Positions 29,385 through 37,673 of a DNA stretch of 64,000 nucleotides are shown here, in pieces. The stretch is taken from assembly GCA_963674695.2 (NCBI GenBank), contig CAXXGI010000001.1, positions 160,001 through 224,000 on the forward strand. The letters are read 5' to 3'. Source of the stretch: a bacterium (GTDB taxonomy: Bacteria; UBA10199; 2-02-FULL-44-16; JAAZCA01). The notes under the pieces are model-generated. The model was not told where the DNA came from and made no database searches. It saw nothing but the letters and a program-made list of their open reading frames with translations. The translations under genes and the position numbers were made by a program. Within the stretch, counting starts at the first letter, position 1. Each line of letters begins with the position of its first letter.

Positions 29385-31688
29385 TCATCCTTCATGACGT
29401 TCATACCCCTTCGCCCCGTGCTGCCGCTTCCAACATTCATAGAGGTGTTCCGGCGTTGCGGGGATGTCACGAATGTCCAACCCCGTCGCCTGGCGGATGG
29501 CGTTGACGATCGCCGGCGCACCGCCGTCCATGGGCAGCTCGCCCAGCCCCTTGGCGCCCGTCGGCCCGTGGGTGAAGGGTTTCTCGACGATCACCGTCTC
29601 CATCGCGGGCGCGTCCATCGTCGTCGGGATGATGTAGGTCTGCAGCCGATCGGTTTGGAAACGGCCCCCATCGAGTTTGTGCTCTTCGCAGAGGGCATAG
29701 CCCATCGCCTGCAGCGAGCCCCCCTCGATCTGCCCCTCGGCCATGATCGGATTGACCGCACGCCCGATGTCGGCCACGAGCCACATCTTTTTGACGCGCA
29801 CCTCGAAGGTCTCGGGGTCCACCTCGACCTCAGCGACGTCACAGGCCCAGGCGTAGGTCGGATAGGCATCCCCCGTATAGGTCTCTTCATTCCATTCGAT
29901 GTGCTCCGGCAGTTCGAAGTGATCGGTGACGGTGAGTTCTCCGCGTTCTTTGCGATAGGCGCGCACCAGATCCGCGATCGGCATGACCGGCTCTGTGCCA
30001 TCCATGAGCTGATTTCCCTGAAAGTGGAGAGCAGCCCCATCGCGCTCGGCCGTCTCGGCGACGAAGGCGAAGAGTTGTGCCTGGAGCGCCTCCGCGCACT
30101 TCTTGAGGATCTGATCCATGACCATCGTCGTGCGCGAGGCGACCGTGGGACCGGTGTCGGGCACGAGCGAGGTGTCGGGCGTCTCGATCGACACGCAGGA
30201 GAGATCGCAGCCAAGGTGATCGGCCGCCATCTGCGGGATCACCGTGTGCGAGCCCTGCCCCATCTCGGTACAGGCGGTGAGCACCGCGATGCGCCCATCG
30301 GCATCCAGGCGCAGACCCGCCTCCCCCTTCATGCGCGCCTCACCGGAACCGGTGAATCCCGCACCGTGGAAGAAGAACGCGAGCCCGATGCCGCGACGCA
30401 CGCCGCCGTCAGCCTCGGCCCCTGCAGCGAACTCGTTCCACTTTTTCTCAAAGTGCGCATGTGCTTCGGCCGCGGCCAGGACCTCGAGGCCCGCCGTGCT
30501 CTCGTCGAGCACCTGGCCGGTCGCGGTCGTGTCGTTCGGCTGAAGACAGTTCCGCTTCCGAAACGCGAGCGGATCGAGGCAACAGGCCGCGGCCACGCGA
30601 TCGATGTGGACCTCGAGCGGAAAGAAGGCCTGCGGCGCGCCGAAACCGCGGAACGCCCCGTTGGGCGGGGTGTTGGTCGCATAGGCGATGCCGTGCGCGT
30701 GCACGTTCGCGCACCGATACGGACCCGGCGCGTGGATGAGACCGCGCGAGAGGACCACGGGGGTGAGCGTCACATAGGCGCCGGCATCGAGCTCGAACCG
30801 AATCTCCATGGCGGTGATCGTGCCATCGCGCTTAACCCCCGTGCGCAGATGCACGCGCCCCGGATGACGCTTGGTGGTGACCGCCGTATCCTCGTCGCGA
30901 TCGTAGACGATCTTGACCGGGCGACCGGCCTTGCGCGCGAGCACCACGCAATAGCCGGCCACGACCGAGGCATAGTCCTCTTTGCCGCCGAAGGCACCGC
31001 CGACAACCGCCTGACGGATGGCAAAGGCCTCTTCGGGTTGGCCCATGAGGACATGCATCGCCTTGGAGATATAATAGGGGCACTGCATCGAACCGATGAT
31101 ATCGAAGGTGCCACCATCGCGCGGCGCGGCGATCATGCCCTGCGGCTCGATGTACATGTGTTCCTGATGGCCGACGCTATAGGTCCCTTCGACCACCTCA
31201 TCGGCCTCTTCGAACCCGGCCGCGAGATCCCCCTTCGCGATCGTATACTCGGCGATGACGTTGTCTGTTCCATGCAGGAGGACGCGCGCGGCCTTCGCGT
31301 CATCGAGGGTGAAAACCGGTTCGAGTTCCTCGACATCCACCATGACGTGCCGGCGCGCTTCGAGCGCCAACTCGCGCGTCGGCGCGGCAATCAGCAGGAC
31401 CGCCTCGCCGATGTGCCGAAACCGATCGGTGACGATGAGCGGCACGTCCTCTTCGATCATCGCCACACAGTTTTTCCCGGGGATGTCGGAGGCATCCGCC
31501 GTGATCACCTCGCTCCAGTCGAAGGCGGGGTCGCGCTTCACGCTCACGAGCCGCCCGTGCGCGACGGGCGTGCGCACGACCACCCCGTGCCACATGCTGG
31601 GGAGATCGATATCATCGACATACTGCGCCGCACCGGTGACCTTGAGGTCGCCATCGAGGCGGGAGACATTTGTTCCGACGGTGGGCAT
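29385..31688 (-). CDS. Xanthine dehydrogenase family molybdopterin-binding subunit (copy 2)
   Basis: KVTGAAQYVDD, QEHMYIEPQG, GGAFGGKED, AFRGFG, ASRTT, GAKGLGELP. Confidence 0.92.
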   Translation of the reverse strand: MPTVGTNVSRLDGDLKVTGAAQYVDDIDLPSMWHGVVVRTPVAHGRLVSVKRDPAFDWSEVITADASDIPGKNCVAMIEEDVPLIVTDRFRHIGEAVLLIAAPTRELALEARRHVMVDVEELEPVFTLDDAKAARVLLHGTDNVIAEYTIAKGDLAAGFEEADEVVEGTYSVGHQEHMYIEPQGMIAAPRDGGTFDIIGSMQCPYYISKAMHVLMGQPEEAFAIRQAVVGGAFGGKEDYASVVAGYCVVLARKAGRPVKIVYDRDEDTAVTTKRHPGRVHLRTGVKRDGTITAMEIRFELDAGAYVTLTPVVLSRGLIHAPGPYRCANVHAHGIAYATNTPPNGAFRGFGAPQAFFPLEVHIDRVAAACCLDPLAFRKRNCLQPNDTTATGQVLDESTAGLEVLAAAEAHAHFEKKWNEFAAGAEADGGVRRGIGLAFFFHGAGFTGSGEARMKGEAGLRLDADGRIAVLTACTEMGQGSHTVIPQMAADHLGCDLSCVSIETPDTSLVPDTGPTVASRTTMVMDQILKKCAEALQAQLFAFVAETAERDGAALHFQGNQLMDGTEPVMPIADLVRAYRKERGELTVTDHFELPEHIEWNEETYTGDAYPTYAWACDVAEVEVDPETFEVRVKKMWLVADIGRAVNPIMAEGQIEGGSLQAMGYALCEEHKLDGGRFQTDRLQTYIIPTTMDAPAMETVIVEKPFTHGPTGAKGLGELPMDGGAPAIVNAIRQATGLDIRDIPATPEHLYECWKRQHGAKGYERHEG

Positions 31689-31765
31689 GAAGGATATGTA
31701 GCGGGCTGATCGTGTGAACGCAAGGGGGTTTGCATTTCGTGGCACTCCCCCCTAGCATGCGCCGC

Positions 31766-32938
31766 ATGCAAACAGAGGTCACGATCATCGGAGGAGGTGC
31801 GGCAGGGCTCATGTGCGCGCTGACCGCCGCGCGGCGCGGGCGGCGGGTGGTGATCTGCGAACACAATGCGCGGGCGGGGAAAAAACTCCTCGTCTCCGGC
31901 GGCGGGCGATGCAACTTCTCCAACCGCCAGGTCGATGCCTCGCATTACTTCAGCTCGAACCCCCACTTTGTGAAATCGGCGCTCGCGCGCTTTACCCCAA
32001 ACGACATGACCGCCTTTCTGGATGCGGGCGGCATTCCCCACGAGGAACGCGGCGGCGGCGAACTCTTCTGCACCTGTGCGGCCGCACGATTGGTCGATTG
32101 GCTCGTCGAAGCGTGTCGAACGGCGGGCGTGCAGATCCGCACCGAATGCGACATCCGCAGCGTCCAAAGGGATGCGCATTTTTCCATCAGCACCAATGAC
32201 GGTACGATCGCATCGGAAGCACTGGTCATCGCGACAGGGGGGTTGAGCTATCCGGAACTCGGCGCGGGCGATTTCGGCCATCGCCTGGCCAAACAGTTCG
32301 GCCTGCGCGTCACTCCCTGCCGCCCGGCGCTCGTCCCGCTGCGCTTGGGTGCATCGGACGCCCGTCGGTTCGGCGATTTGAGCGGCGTCTCGCTCGAGGC
32401 GCGCGTGACCTGCGGGAAACGAACCCTCTCCGGCGGCCTGCTCTTCACCCACCATGGGCTCTCCGGCCCGGCGATCCTCAAGGCATCGCTGATCTGGGAG
32501 AACGGGAAACCCATTCACATCGACCTGCTACCAAAGACCGATATCCTCGCGTCCCTGAAAGCAGCCCACGCCGACGGTCGCCGCGTGGAACTCAAGAACT
32601 TCCTCGCGGGAATGCTGCCCCGACGACTGGCAGAGGCGTGGTGCACAGCATATGCCCCATCCAAGCCCCTCATCGACTATTCCCTCCCCCAGATCAAAGC
32701 CATCGCCGACCAGCTGCACTGCTGGGAAGTCACCCCCGCACGCACCGAGGGATGGCAGCGAGCCGAAGTGACGCTGGGCGGTGTGGACACAAAGGCGATC
32801 TCGTCGAAGACGATGGAGGCACGCGACGTCCCCAACCTCTTCTTCATCGGCGAAGTCCTCGACGTGACGGGGATGCTTGGCGGATACAACCTGCACTGGG
32901 CCTGGGCCTCAGGCACCGCCGCGGGCACAGCGGTGTAA
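31766..32938 (+). CDS. HI0933/BaiN-family NAD(P)/FAD-dependent oxidoreductase
   Basis: IIGGGAAG, GKKLLVSGGGRCNFSN, ATGGLSYP, LFTHHGLSGP, GGYNL. Confidence 0.92.
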   Translation: MQTEVTIIGGGAAGLMCALTAARRGRRVVICEHNARAGKKLLVSGGGRCNFSNRQVDASHYFSSNPHFVKSALARFTPNDMTAFLDAGGIPHEERGGGELFCTCAAARLVDWLVEACRTAGVQIRTECDIRSVQRDAHFSISTNDGTIASEALVIATGGLSYPELGAGDFGHRLAKQFGLRVTPCRPALVPLRLGASDARRFGDLSGVSLEARVTCGKRTLSGGLLFTHHGLSGPAILKASLIWENGKPIHIDLLPKTDILASLKAAHADGRRVELKNFLAGMLPRRLAEAWCTAYAPSKPLIDYSLPQIKAIADQLHCWEVTPARTEGWQRAEVTLGGVDTKAISSKTMEARDVPNLFFIGEVLDVTGMLGGYNLHWAWASGTAAGTAV

Positions 32939-32951
32939 ACAGCTCTCTTGT

Positions 32952-33100
32952 GAGCATTTTCCCGGAAGGACCTGTTCGGGGATCTCTTCTTTCATCGCTA
33001 TCCAAGCCTCTGATCATTGCGATGAAAGAAGAAAAAGCCGTCGAAGTGGCGTCTGAACGGAGACGGCGGTCCCCGAACAGGTCCTTCCGGGAAAATGCTC
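32952..33100. repeat. 31-bp perfect inverted repeat enclosing two internal hairpins (MITE-like/structured element)
   Basis: GAGCATTTTCCCGGAAGGACCTGTTCGGGGA ... TCCCCGAACAGGTCCTTCCGGGAAAATGCTC. Confidence 0.75.
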
Positions 33101-33234
33101 GCGCCGTAGCTTGCGCTCTTTGCTTGACCCTGTGCACGCGAAGGCGTACAAAGGCGTTCGTCGTTCGTTTCCGGAAAGGATAGCGGCCTCCCGGAAAACG
33201 CCGCCCGATCCGCTTTTCACGAAGGAGACCCACC

Positions 33235-33693
33235 ATGGCCGTCAAGAAGACCACCACGAAAAAGGTTTCGCCGAAGAAGGCCACATCCAGCAAGACGACA
33301 ATCGCCAGCGAACTGATCATCGTCACGACCAACAAACTCGGTGCCTTCGCCCGTCTCTCCGAACCGCTCACGAAGAAGAAGATCAACATCGAGTGCTACA
33401 CCGGCTATGAGTGGGGAGGCGAATCGGCCTTCCGCCTGATCACCGACAACAACGTGAAGGCCGCAAAGGTCCTGCGCGCTGAGGGGTATTTCGTCGAAGA
33501 GAACCCCGTCTGTCTCTGGCAGACAGCCAACACACCGGGAAAGGTGGCGAAGGCAACGGTGGCGCTCGAGAACGCCAACATCAACACCTACTGCACCTAC
33601 ACGGCGGCCTATCCGACCGTGAAAAACGGCACGATCGCGTTCAACACGAGCGACGTCATGCGTACGGCGGAAATCCTCAACAACGTGAAGTAA
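33235..33693 (+). CDS. Tandem ACT-domain protein
   Basis: NKLGAFARLSEPL...INI; NTPGKVAKATVALENANINT..TY; AAGGAG RBS. Confidence 0.8.
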   Translation: MAVKKTTTKKVSPKKATSSKTTIASELIIVTTNKLGAFARLSEPLTKKKINIECYTGYEWGGESAFRLITDNNVKAAKVLRAEGYFVEENPVCLWQTANTPGKVAKATVALENANINTYCTYTAAYPTVKNGTIAFNTSDVMRTAEILNNVK

Positions 33694-33714
33694 ACGAAGG
33701 AAACATTCGAATGC

Positions 33715-33745
33715 AAAAAAGGCCGCCTCGCGCGGCCTTTTTTTT
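33715..33745. terminator. Bidirectional intrinsic terminator
   Basis: AAAAAAGGCCGC-CTCGC-GCGGCCTTTTTTTT between convergent genes. Confidence 0.85.
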
Positions 33746-33816
33746 GAGCAACTTCGCACCGTTCATACACTCTTCCATCCCAACACATCATCCGACTGTA
33801 CGCAGTTTGGATACAG

Positions 33817-34359
33817 TTAACACTCGCTTTGTTGTACTAAAGTGCCTTCTCCTGGAATTGAAATAAACTTCATTGCGTCGGCATTGACATCAAGCCTCTC
33901 ATTGTGGATGGAAATCACCTGAGCTCGCTGAATCATGTTTTCTAGTGATGAGATAATAGAATGCAACCGTTCGCACATCATCACCTTGAACGCCATCCGG
34001 ATAAGCCTATCGTTCGACTCGTCTTTATTTGCGTCCCCTTCATCATTTTCCCACCGCGACATCGTTACAGGAGAGACGCCAATCATCTCCGCAAATGCCT
34101 TACTGGTCATTCCAACTTCTTGTCGCATGAATCGAATTTCCGGACCAGTGAGCCGTTTTTTCAGACATGACAGAACGATCGCGAGGACTATATGGAGCTG
34201 CACCGGTTCGGGGATATCAACAAAACTGGCACCACACTTGGAACAGGTAAACTCAAAAACGCCATCAAGATAGACATTTCTCAACCCACTTTCAGTGTAG
34301 TGATAACTGATTTCCTTTTTCTTCATGACCTTCCCACACTCATAACATTTGGTATTCAT
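33817..34359 (-). CDS. MqsA/YgiT-type zinc-finger + HTH antitoxin
   Basis: CYECG...CSKCG zinc finger; EIRFMRQEVGMTSKAFAEMIGVSPVTMSRWE HTH; AT-rich. Confidence 0.8.
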   Translation of the reverse strand: MNTKCYECGKVMKKKEISYHYTESGLRNVYLDGVFEFTCSKCGASFVDIPEPVQLHIVLAIVLSCLKKRLTGPEIRFMRQEVGMTSKAFAEMIGVSPVTMSRWENDEGDANKDESNDRLIRMAFKVMMCERLHSIISSLENMIQRAQVISIHNERLDVNADAMKFISIPGEGTLVQQSEC

Positions 34360-34395
34360 AAAACACCTCCCATTCCCCACCCGACAAAAAAATCT

Positions 34396-34689
34396 TTATT
34401 TGCGCACGGCTGACTTTACGATAATTCTGCGTGCATCCTCATCTACGACAATAGGAACTTCAAGGGTTCTGCCATCATCGAGTTTCGTGCGCATGACACA
34501 TTCAAAACCCTTGACGTTTGCTGCCTGCATTGGCTCTCCTGTCATCAGCCCCCCACTCAGCGCTCGCATAATGTGTGGAGCCGTGAATTTACGTTCAGCC
34601 ATGCGTTCACGTGCATGCTTTGTATACGCCAAAGAACCTCTTCGCAGGAGTAACATTCGCAGTATGTGCTGGGCTTGAATCCGATCCAT
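34396..34689 (-). CDS. DUF4258-like putative RNase toxin
   Basis: YTKHARERMAERKF...ALSGG; small basic ORF directly upstream of the MqsA-like gene. Confidence 0.65.
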   Translation of the reverse strand: MDRIQAQHILRMLLLRRGSLAYTKHARERMAERKFTAPHIMRALSGGLMTGEPMQAANVKGFECVMRTKLDDGRTLEVPIVVDEDARRIIVKSAVRK

Positions 34690-34784
34690 TTGCTTGATCT
34701 CCTCTTTTCGCCGACACCACCCTGTTAACGTGGCGTTAATGCGGAGTCAAGCAGAATCTGGACGGCCCTCTCTCCTATTGTATG

Positions 34785-34811
34785 TTATCGGCCGAGTAAA
34801 GGGAAGAGTTG
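34785..34811 (-). promoter_or_regulatory. CAAC-N17-CGATAA motif (sigma28-like)
   Basis: Minus strand GCAACTCTTCCCTTTACTCGGCCGATAA. Confidence 0.55.
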
Positions 34812-35016
34812 CTTATTATTTACCTCAAGCTAATATTAACTTGAGGATAATTCTAAGGCGAGACGCTACAACCAACTGAACTCATTGAGTTTTTTGGTTC
34901 TAATGAACAACCTTCGCCTCGACCGCCACTTGGCTGCTTATGGGGATTTTGACATACAAAAAAATGGCTCGCGCCTCTTTTCTAAGCCCCACAACTATCT
35001 GATTATTATAGTATTT

Positions 35017-35037
35017 TTGAGCGGGTGATGGGAATCG
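35017..35037 (-). repeat. Duplicate of the tRNA-Gly 3' end (att-like)
   Basis: TTGAGCGGGTGATGGGAATCG matches 35585-35605 at 20/21 nt. Confidence 0.8.
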
Positions 35038-35136
35038 CCGGCTCGCGCTCACACTCCGCCGACTCGCGGTACCCACTCATCGACACTTCAGCAGTATAAA
35101 GTTCGCCTATTCGGCGAACGACTTATTCGAAGGTCG

Positions 35137-35500
35137 CGGCACTTCATCTATCGGATGCCCACCTTCGGTGGACCCAAACCGCTGAAGGTCGGCCGGCTCG
35201 CGCACACACTCCCCGGCACTTCATCTATCGGATGCCCACCTTCGGTGGACCCAAACCGCTGAAGGTCGGCCGGCTCGCGCTCACACTCGCCGGCACTTCA
35301 TCTATCAGATGCCCACCTTCGGTGTGCCCAAACCGCTGAAGGTCGGCCGGCTCGCGCACACACTCCCCGGCACTTCATCTATCGGATGCCCACCTTTGGT
35401 GGGCCCAAACCGCTGAAGGTCGGCCGGCTCGCGCACACACTCCCCGGCACTTCATCTATCGGATGCCCACCTTTGGTGGGCCCAAACCGCTGAAGGTCGG
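35137..35500. repeat. Non-coding tandem array, about 4.7 x 77 bp hairpin units
   Basis: Units start at 35137, 35214, 35291, 35368 and 35445: CGGCACTTCATCTATCGGATGCCCACCTTCGGTGGACCCAAACCGCTGAAGGTCGGCCGGCTCGCGCACACACTCCC. Confidence 0.92.
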
Positions 35501-35543
35501 AACAAGCGGCCCTTTGGGCCGCGGTTCTATTCCATCCAAACCA

Positions 35544-35588
35544 TCAATGAGAAAGGGGTCCCAAAAAACGGGACCCCTTTCTCATTGA
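35544..35588 (-). terminator. 19-bp perfect hairpin abutting the tRNA 3' end
   Basis: TCAATGAGAAAGGGGTCCC-AAAAAAC-GGGACCCCTTTCTCATTGA. Confidence 0.6.
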
Positions 35589-35658
35589 GCGGGTGAAGGG
35601 AATCGAACCCTCATAACGAGCTTGGGAAGCTCGTGTTCTACCACTGAACTACACCCGC
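35588..35658 (-). tRNA. tRNA-Gly (CCC)
   Basis: GCGGGTGTAGTTCAGTGGTAGAACACGAGCTTCCCAAGCTCGTTATGAGGGTTCGATTCCCTTCACCCGCT folds into a cloverleaf; CCA not encoded (followed by CAA). Confidence 0.95.
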
Positions 35659-35698
35659 TGATTAAAACCTATCAGGAAATGACGACTCCACTGGTTTT

Positions 35699-35795
35699 TG
35701 TCATTCCCGCGAAGGCGGGAATCTCGATTTTTAAGTACTTCGAGATTCCCGCTGGAGCCTGCCCTCGAATGATTGAATCGGGGGCGGGAATGACA
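35699..35795. repeat. CGTC-type REP dimer with inserted hairpin
   Basis: TGTCATTCCCGCGAAGGCGGGAATC...GATTCCCGCTGGAG[CCCTCGAATGATTGAATCGGGG]GCGGGAATGACA. Confidence 0.8.
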
Positions 35796-35893
35796 GCAAA
35801 AACCATTTTCCCGTCACCCGCTGATTCCGGCGCAGTACTTGCCAGAAAATCCGCCCCATTGTCAACCTTGTGCTGCACAACCGCCAGGGCTTC

Positions 35894-37660
35894 TCACGGC
35901 TGGGCGAACAGGCGCTTCGGGATGTCGGAATCGACGTAGTAGCGCTTCCAGGCGGCGACCGATAGGGGCTTGCCCGTCGACTGTTTGAGGAACGCATCCC
36001 ACGGATAGCGCTCGCCCTGCGCGAGAAAATCGGTCATGAGCCAATCGCCCAGTGTCTTCTGATCGAAATAGGACAACCCCTGCGGCTTTGATGCCCCGAT
36101 GCGTTTGGCAAAGAGTTCGGCGAACTGCACGTTGGCCACCTGGCCGATCGCATAGTTGGCATAGTAGAGCGGCGGCACGTTGGGGATATGATATTTCGCC
36201 AGGGCATCCGGGTTCTCCCAGCCTTCGGGGCGCGCGAGGAGCTGATGCGTCTCCTTGCACTGCCACCAGAGGTCGCCGATATCCTGGTCGGGGTTCTCAT
36301 AAAAGTTCTTCTCGAAACAGAAGATCGTGGAGGCCCAGCGCAGGAAGATGAGTTGATCGACATATTCGATCATCTCGACCCCTTCGGCCGCCGCGCGCGC
36401 TGTTTCGGCATCGACCCCCAAACGTGCAAACCAATCGGCGGTCTTGGTCTGCCGCTCCATGAGCATGGCAAACGCCTCGGTGAGCATCGTCGGGTCGCGC
36501 AGCAGATACGGCAGCTGGGCATTACCGATGACCGCTTCATAGTTGATGTCGTGGCCGAGCTCGTGGGCAAGCGTGGCGGCGTTGTCGGCCGTGGGGTTCT
36601 GCGGCGAACGCGGCAAATTCATCAAGAGGACCGAAGAATTCGGCTTGTTCGGATCGAGATATTCCGCAAAGGCATGCGGGTTCTTTCCCGGCTTTGGAAA
36701 GAGGCTCGATCGCTCGATGATGGGGCGCACGTCCACCCCCATGCTGCCATAGAGCTTCTCGGTCAGACCGATCACATCGCTTGCATCCTTCGTGTCATAG
36801 AAGGCATCCAGGTCGACCTGGCCGAAGATGGCGTTCGGAGCGACCTGAAAGAAGGCGTTCTGATAGTGCCAGGGTTTGAGCTCCGAAACGCCAATTCCAT
36901 ATCGCTTGGCCAGACGCGGATCGATGTATTCCCCTTTGAGTTTTTTGAACGGCTTTTCGGTTGCACGCTTTACGTCGCGATAGAAGCGCTCGAGCACCTT
37001 CATGTCCATCTGCTGCGTGACCGCAGCAAGCTCCAACGCATTGGCATATCCGAGATCACGCGCGATCTCGTTGCGCAGCGCGACGAGTTCGCGGAAATCT
37101 TTTTCGAGTATACCCCCCGACGCCTTCTGCGCCTTCCAGTTTTTCTCGAGCTCCGCGCTGTCGGTCGATTTTGCCAACACCTGCGACACATCGACGGTGG
37201 AGACCTTCTTGCCATCGATCATCGGCTGATAGTCGTTGGTCGTCTCGCCAAGTCGTTTTTCCAGTTCCACGAGTCGCTTGAGCTTGTCCGGAGCGATCTG
37301 ATTCGGAAGGTGACGCAGATAGAGCAGCTCGACCTGTCGGCGCAGGATGTCGTTCTGAAACTTCTTGCGATGCCGATAGAGCTCTTTGAGCTTCGCAAAG
37401 CGGTCGGCATCGCTATCGAGCGTGCGCATCTTGAGATCGAGCTCAGCCGCACGATCGGAATATTTCTTATCCCCCGTCGTATTGTAGACCCACCACGCCT
37501 TGCGCGCCCCGACATCGAGCGGCTCGAATTCCGCCACATATTCCTGAATGATCTGTTGGGCTTGATTCTCCATCTGCGCCACATCCTTTCCCTTCGCGTT
37601 TACGCTGCCCCCCCCCGCACCTATTCCTACCATCACCAACAGCATGATCCATTTTCGCAT
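35894..37660 (-). CDS. Secreted M2/M3-family zinc metallopeptidase
   Basis: Signal peptide; LRNEIARDLGY, HELGH (HEXXH), TEAFAMLME, YYANY. Confidence 0.85.
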   Translation of the reverse strand: MRKWIMLLVMVGIGAGGGSVNAKGKDVAQMENQAQQIIQEYVAEFEPLDVGARKAWWVYNTTGDKKYSDRAAELDLKMRTLDSDADRFAKLKELYRHRKKFQNDILRRQVELLYLRHLPNQIAPDKLKRLVELEKRLGETTNDYQPMIDGKKVSTVDVSQVLAKSTDSAELEKNWKAQKASGGILEKDFRELVALRNEIARDLGYANALELAAVTQQMDMKVLERFYRDVKRATEKPFKKLKGEYIDPRLAKRYGIGVSELKPWHYQNAFFQVAPNAIFGQVDLDAFYDTKDASDVIGLTEKLYGSMGVDVRPIIERSSLFPKPGKNPHAFAEYLDPNKPNSSVLLMNLPRSPQNPTADNAATLAHELGHDINYEAVIGNAQLPYLLRDPTMLTEAFAMLMERQTKTADWFARLGVDAETARAAAEGVEMIEYVDQLIFLRWASTIFCFEKNFYENPDQDIGDLWWQCKETHQLLARPEGWENPDALAKYHIPNVPPLYYANYAIGQVANVQFAELFAKRIGASKPQGLSYFDQKTLGDWLMTDFLAQGERYPWDAFLKQSTGKPLSVAAWKRYYVDSDIPKRLFAQP

Positions 37661-37673
37661 GACGCCTCCGGTA

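Noticed and set aside
29394-31709. Long antisense ORFs (also 8395-10233, 36188-37723, 41229-42635, 58935-60275)
   Set aside because: Typical high-GC shadow frames opposite well-supported genes
33120-33225. Riboswitch ahead of the ACT-domain gene
   Set aside because: A hairpin (TTTCCGG...CCGGAAA) is present, but no recognisable aptamer consensus
35137-35500. CRISPR array
   Set aside because: Linkers between the hairpins are near-identical rather than unique spacers, the constant part is too long, and no cas genes are in the window
33746-35605. Prophage or intact integrative element at tRNA-Gly
   Set aside because: No integrase or phage genes; the direct repeats bracket only ~550 bp of non-coding DNA
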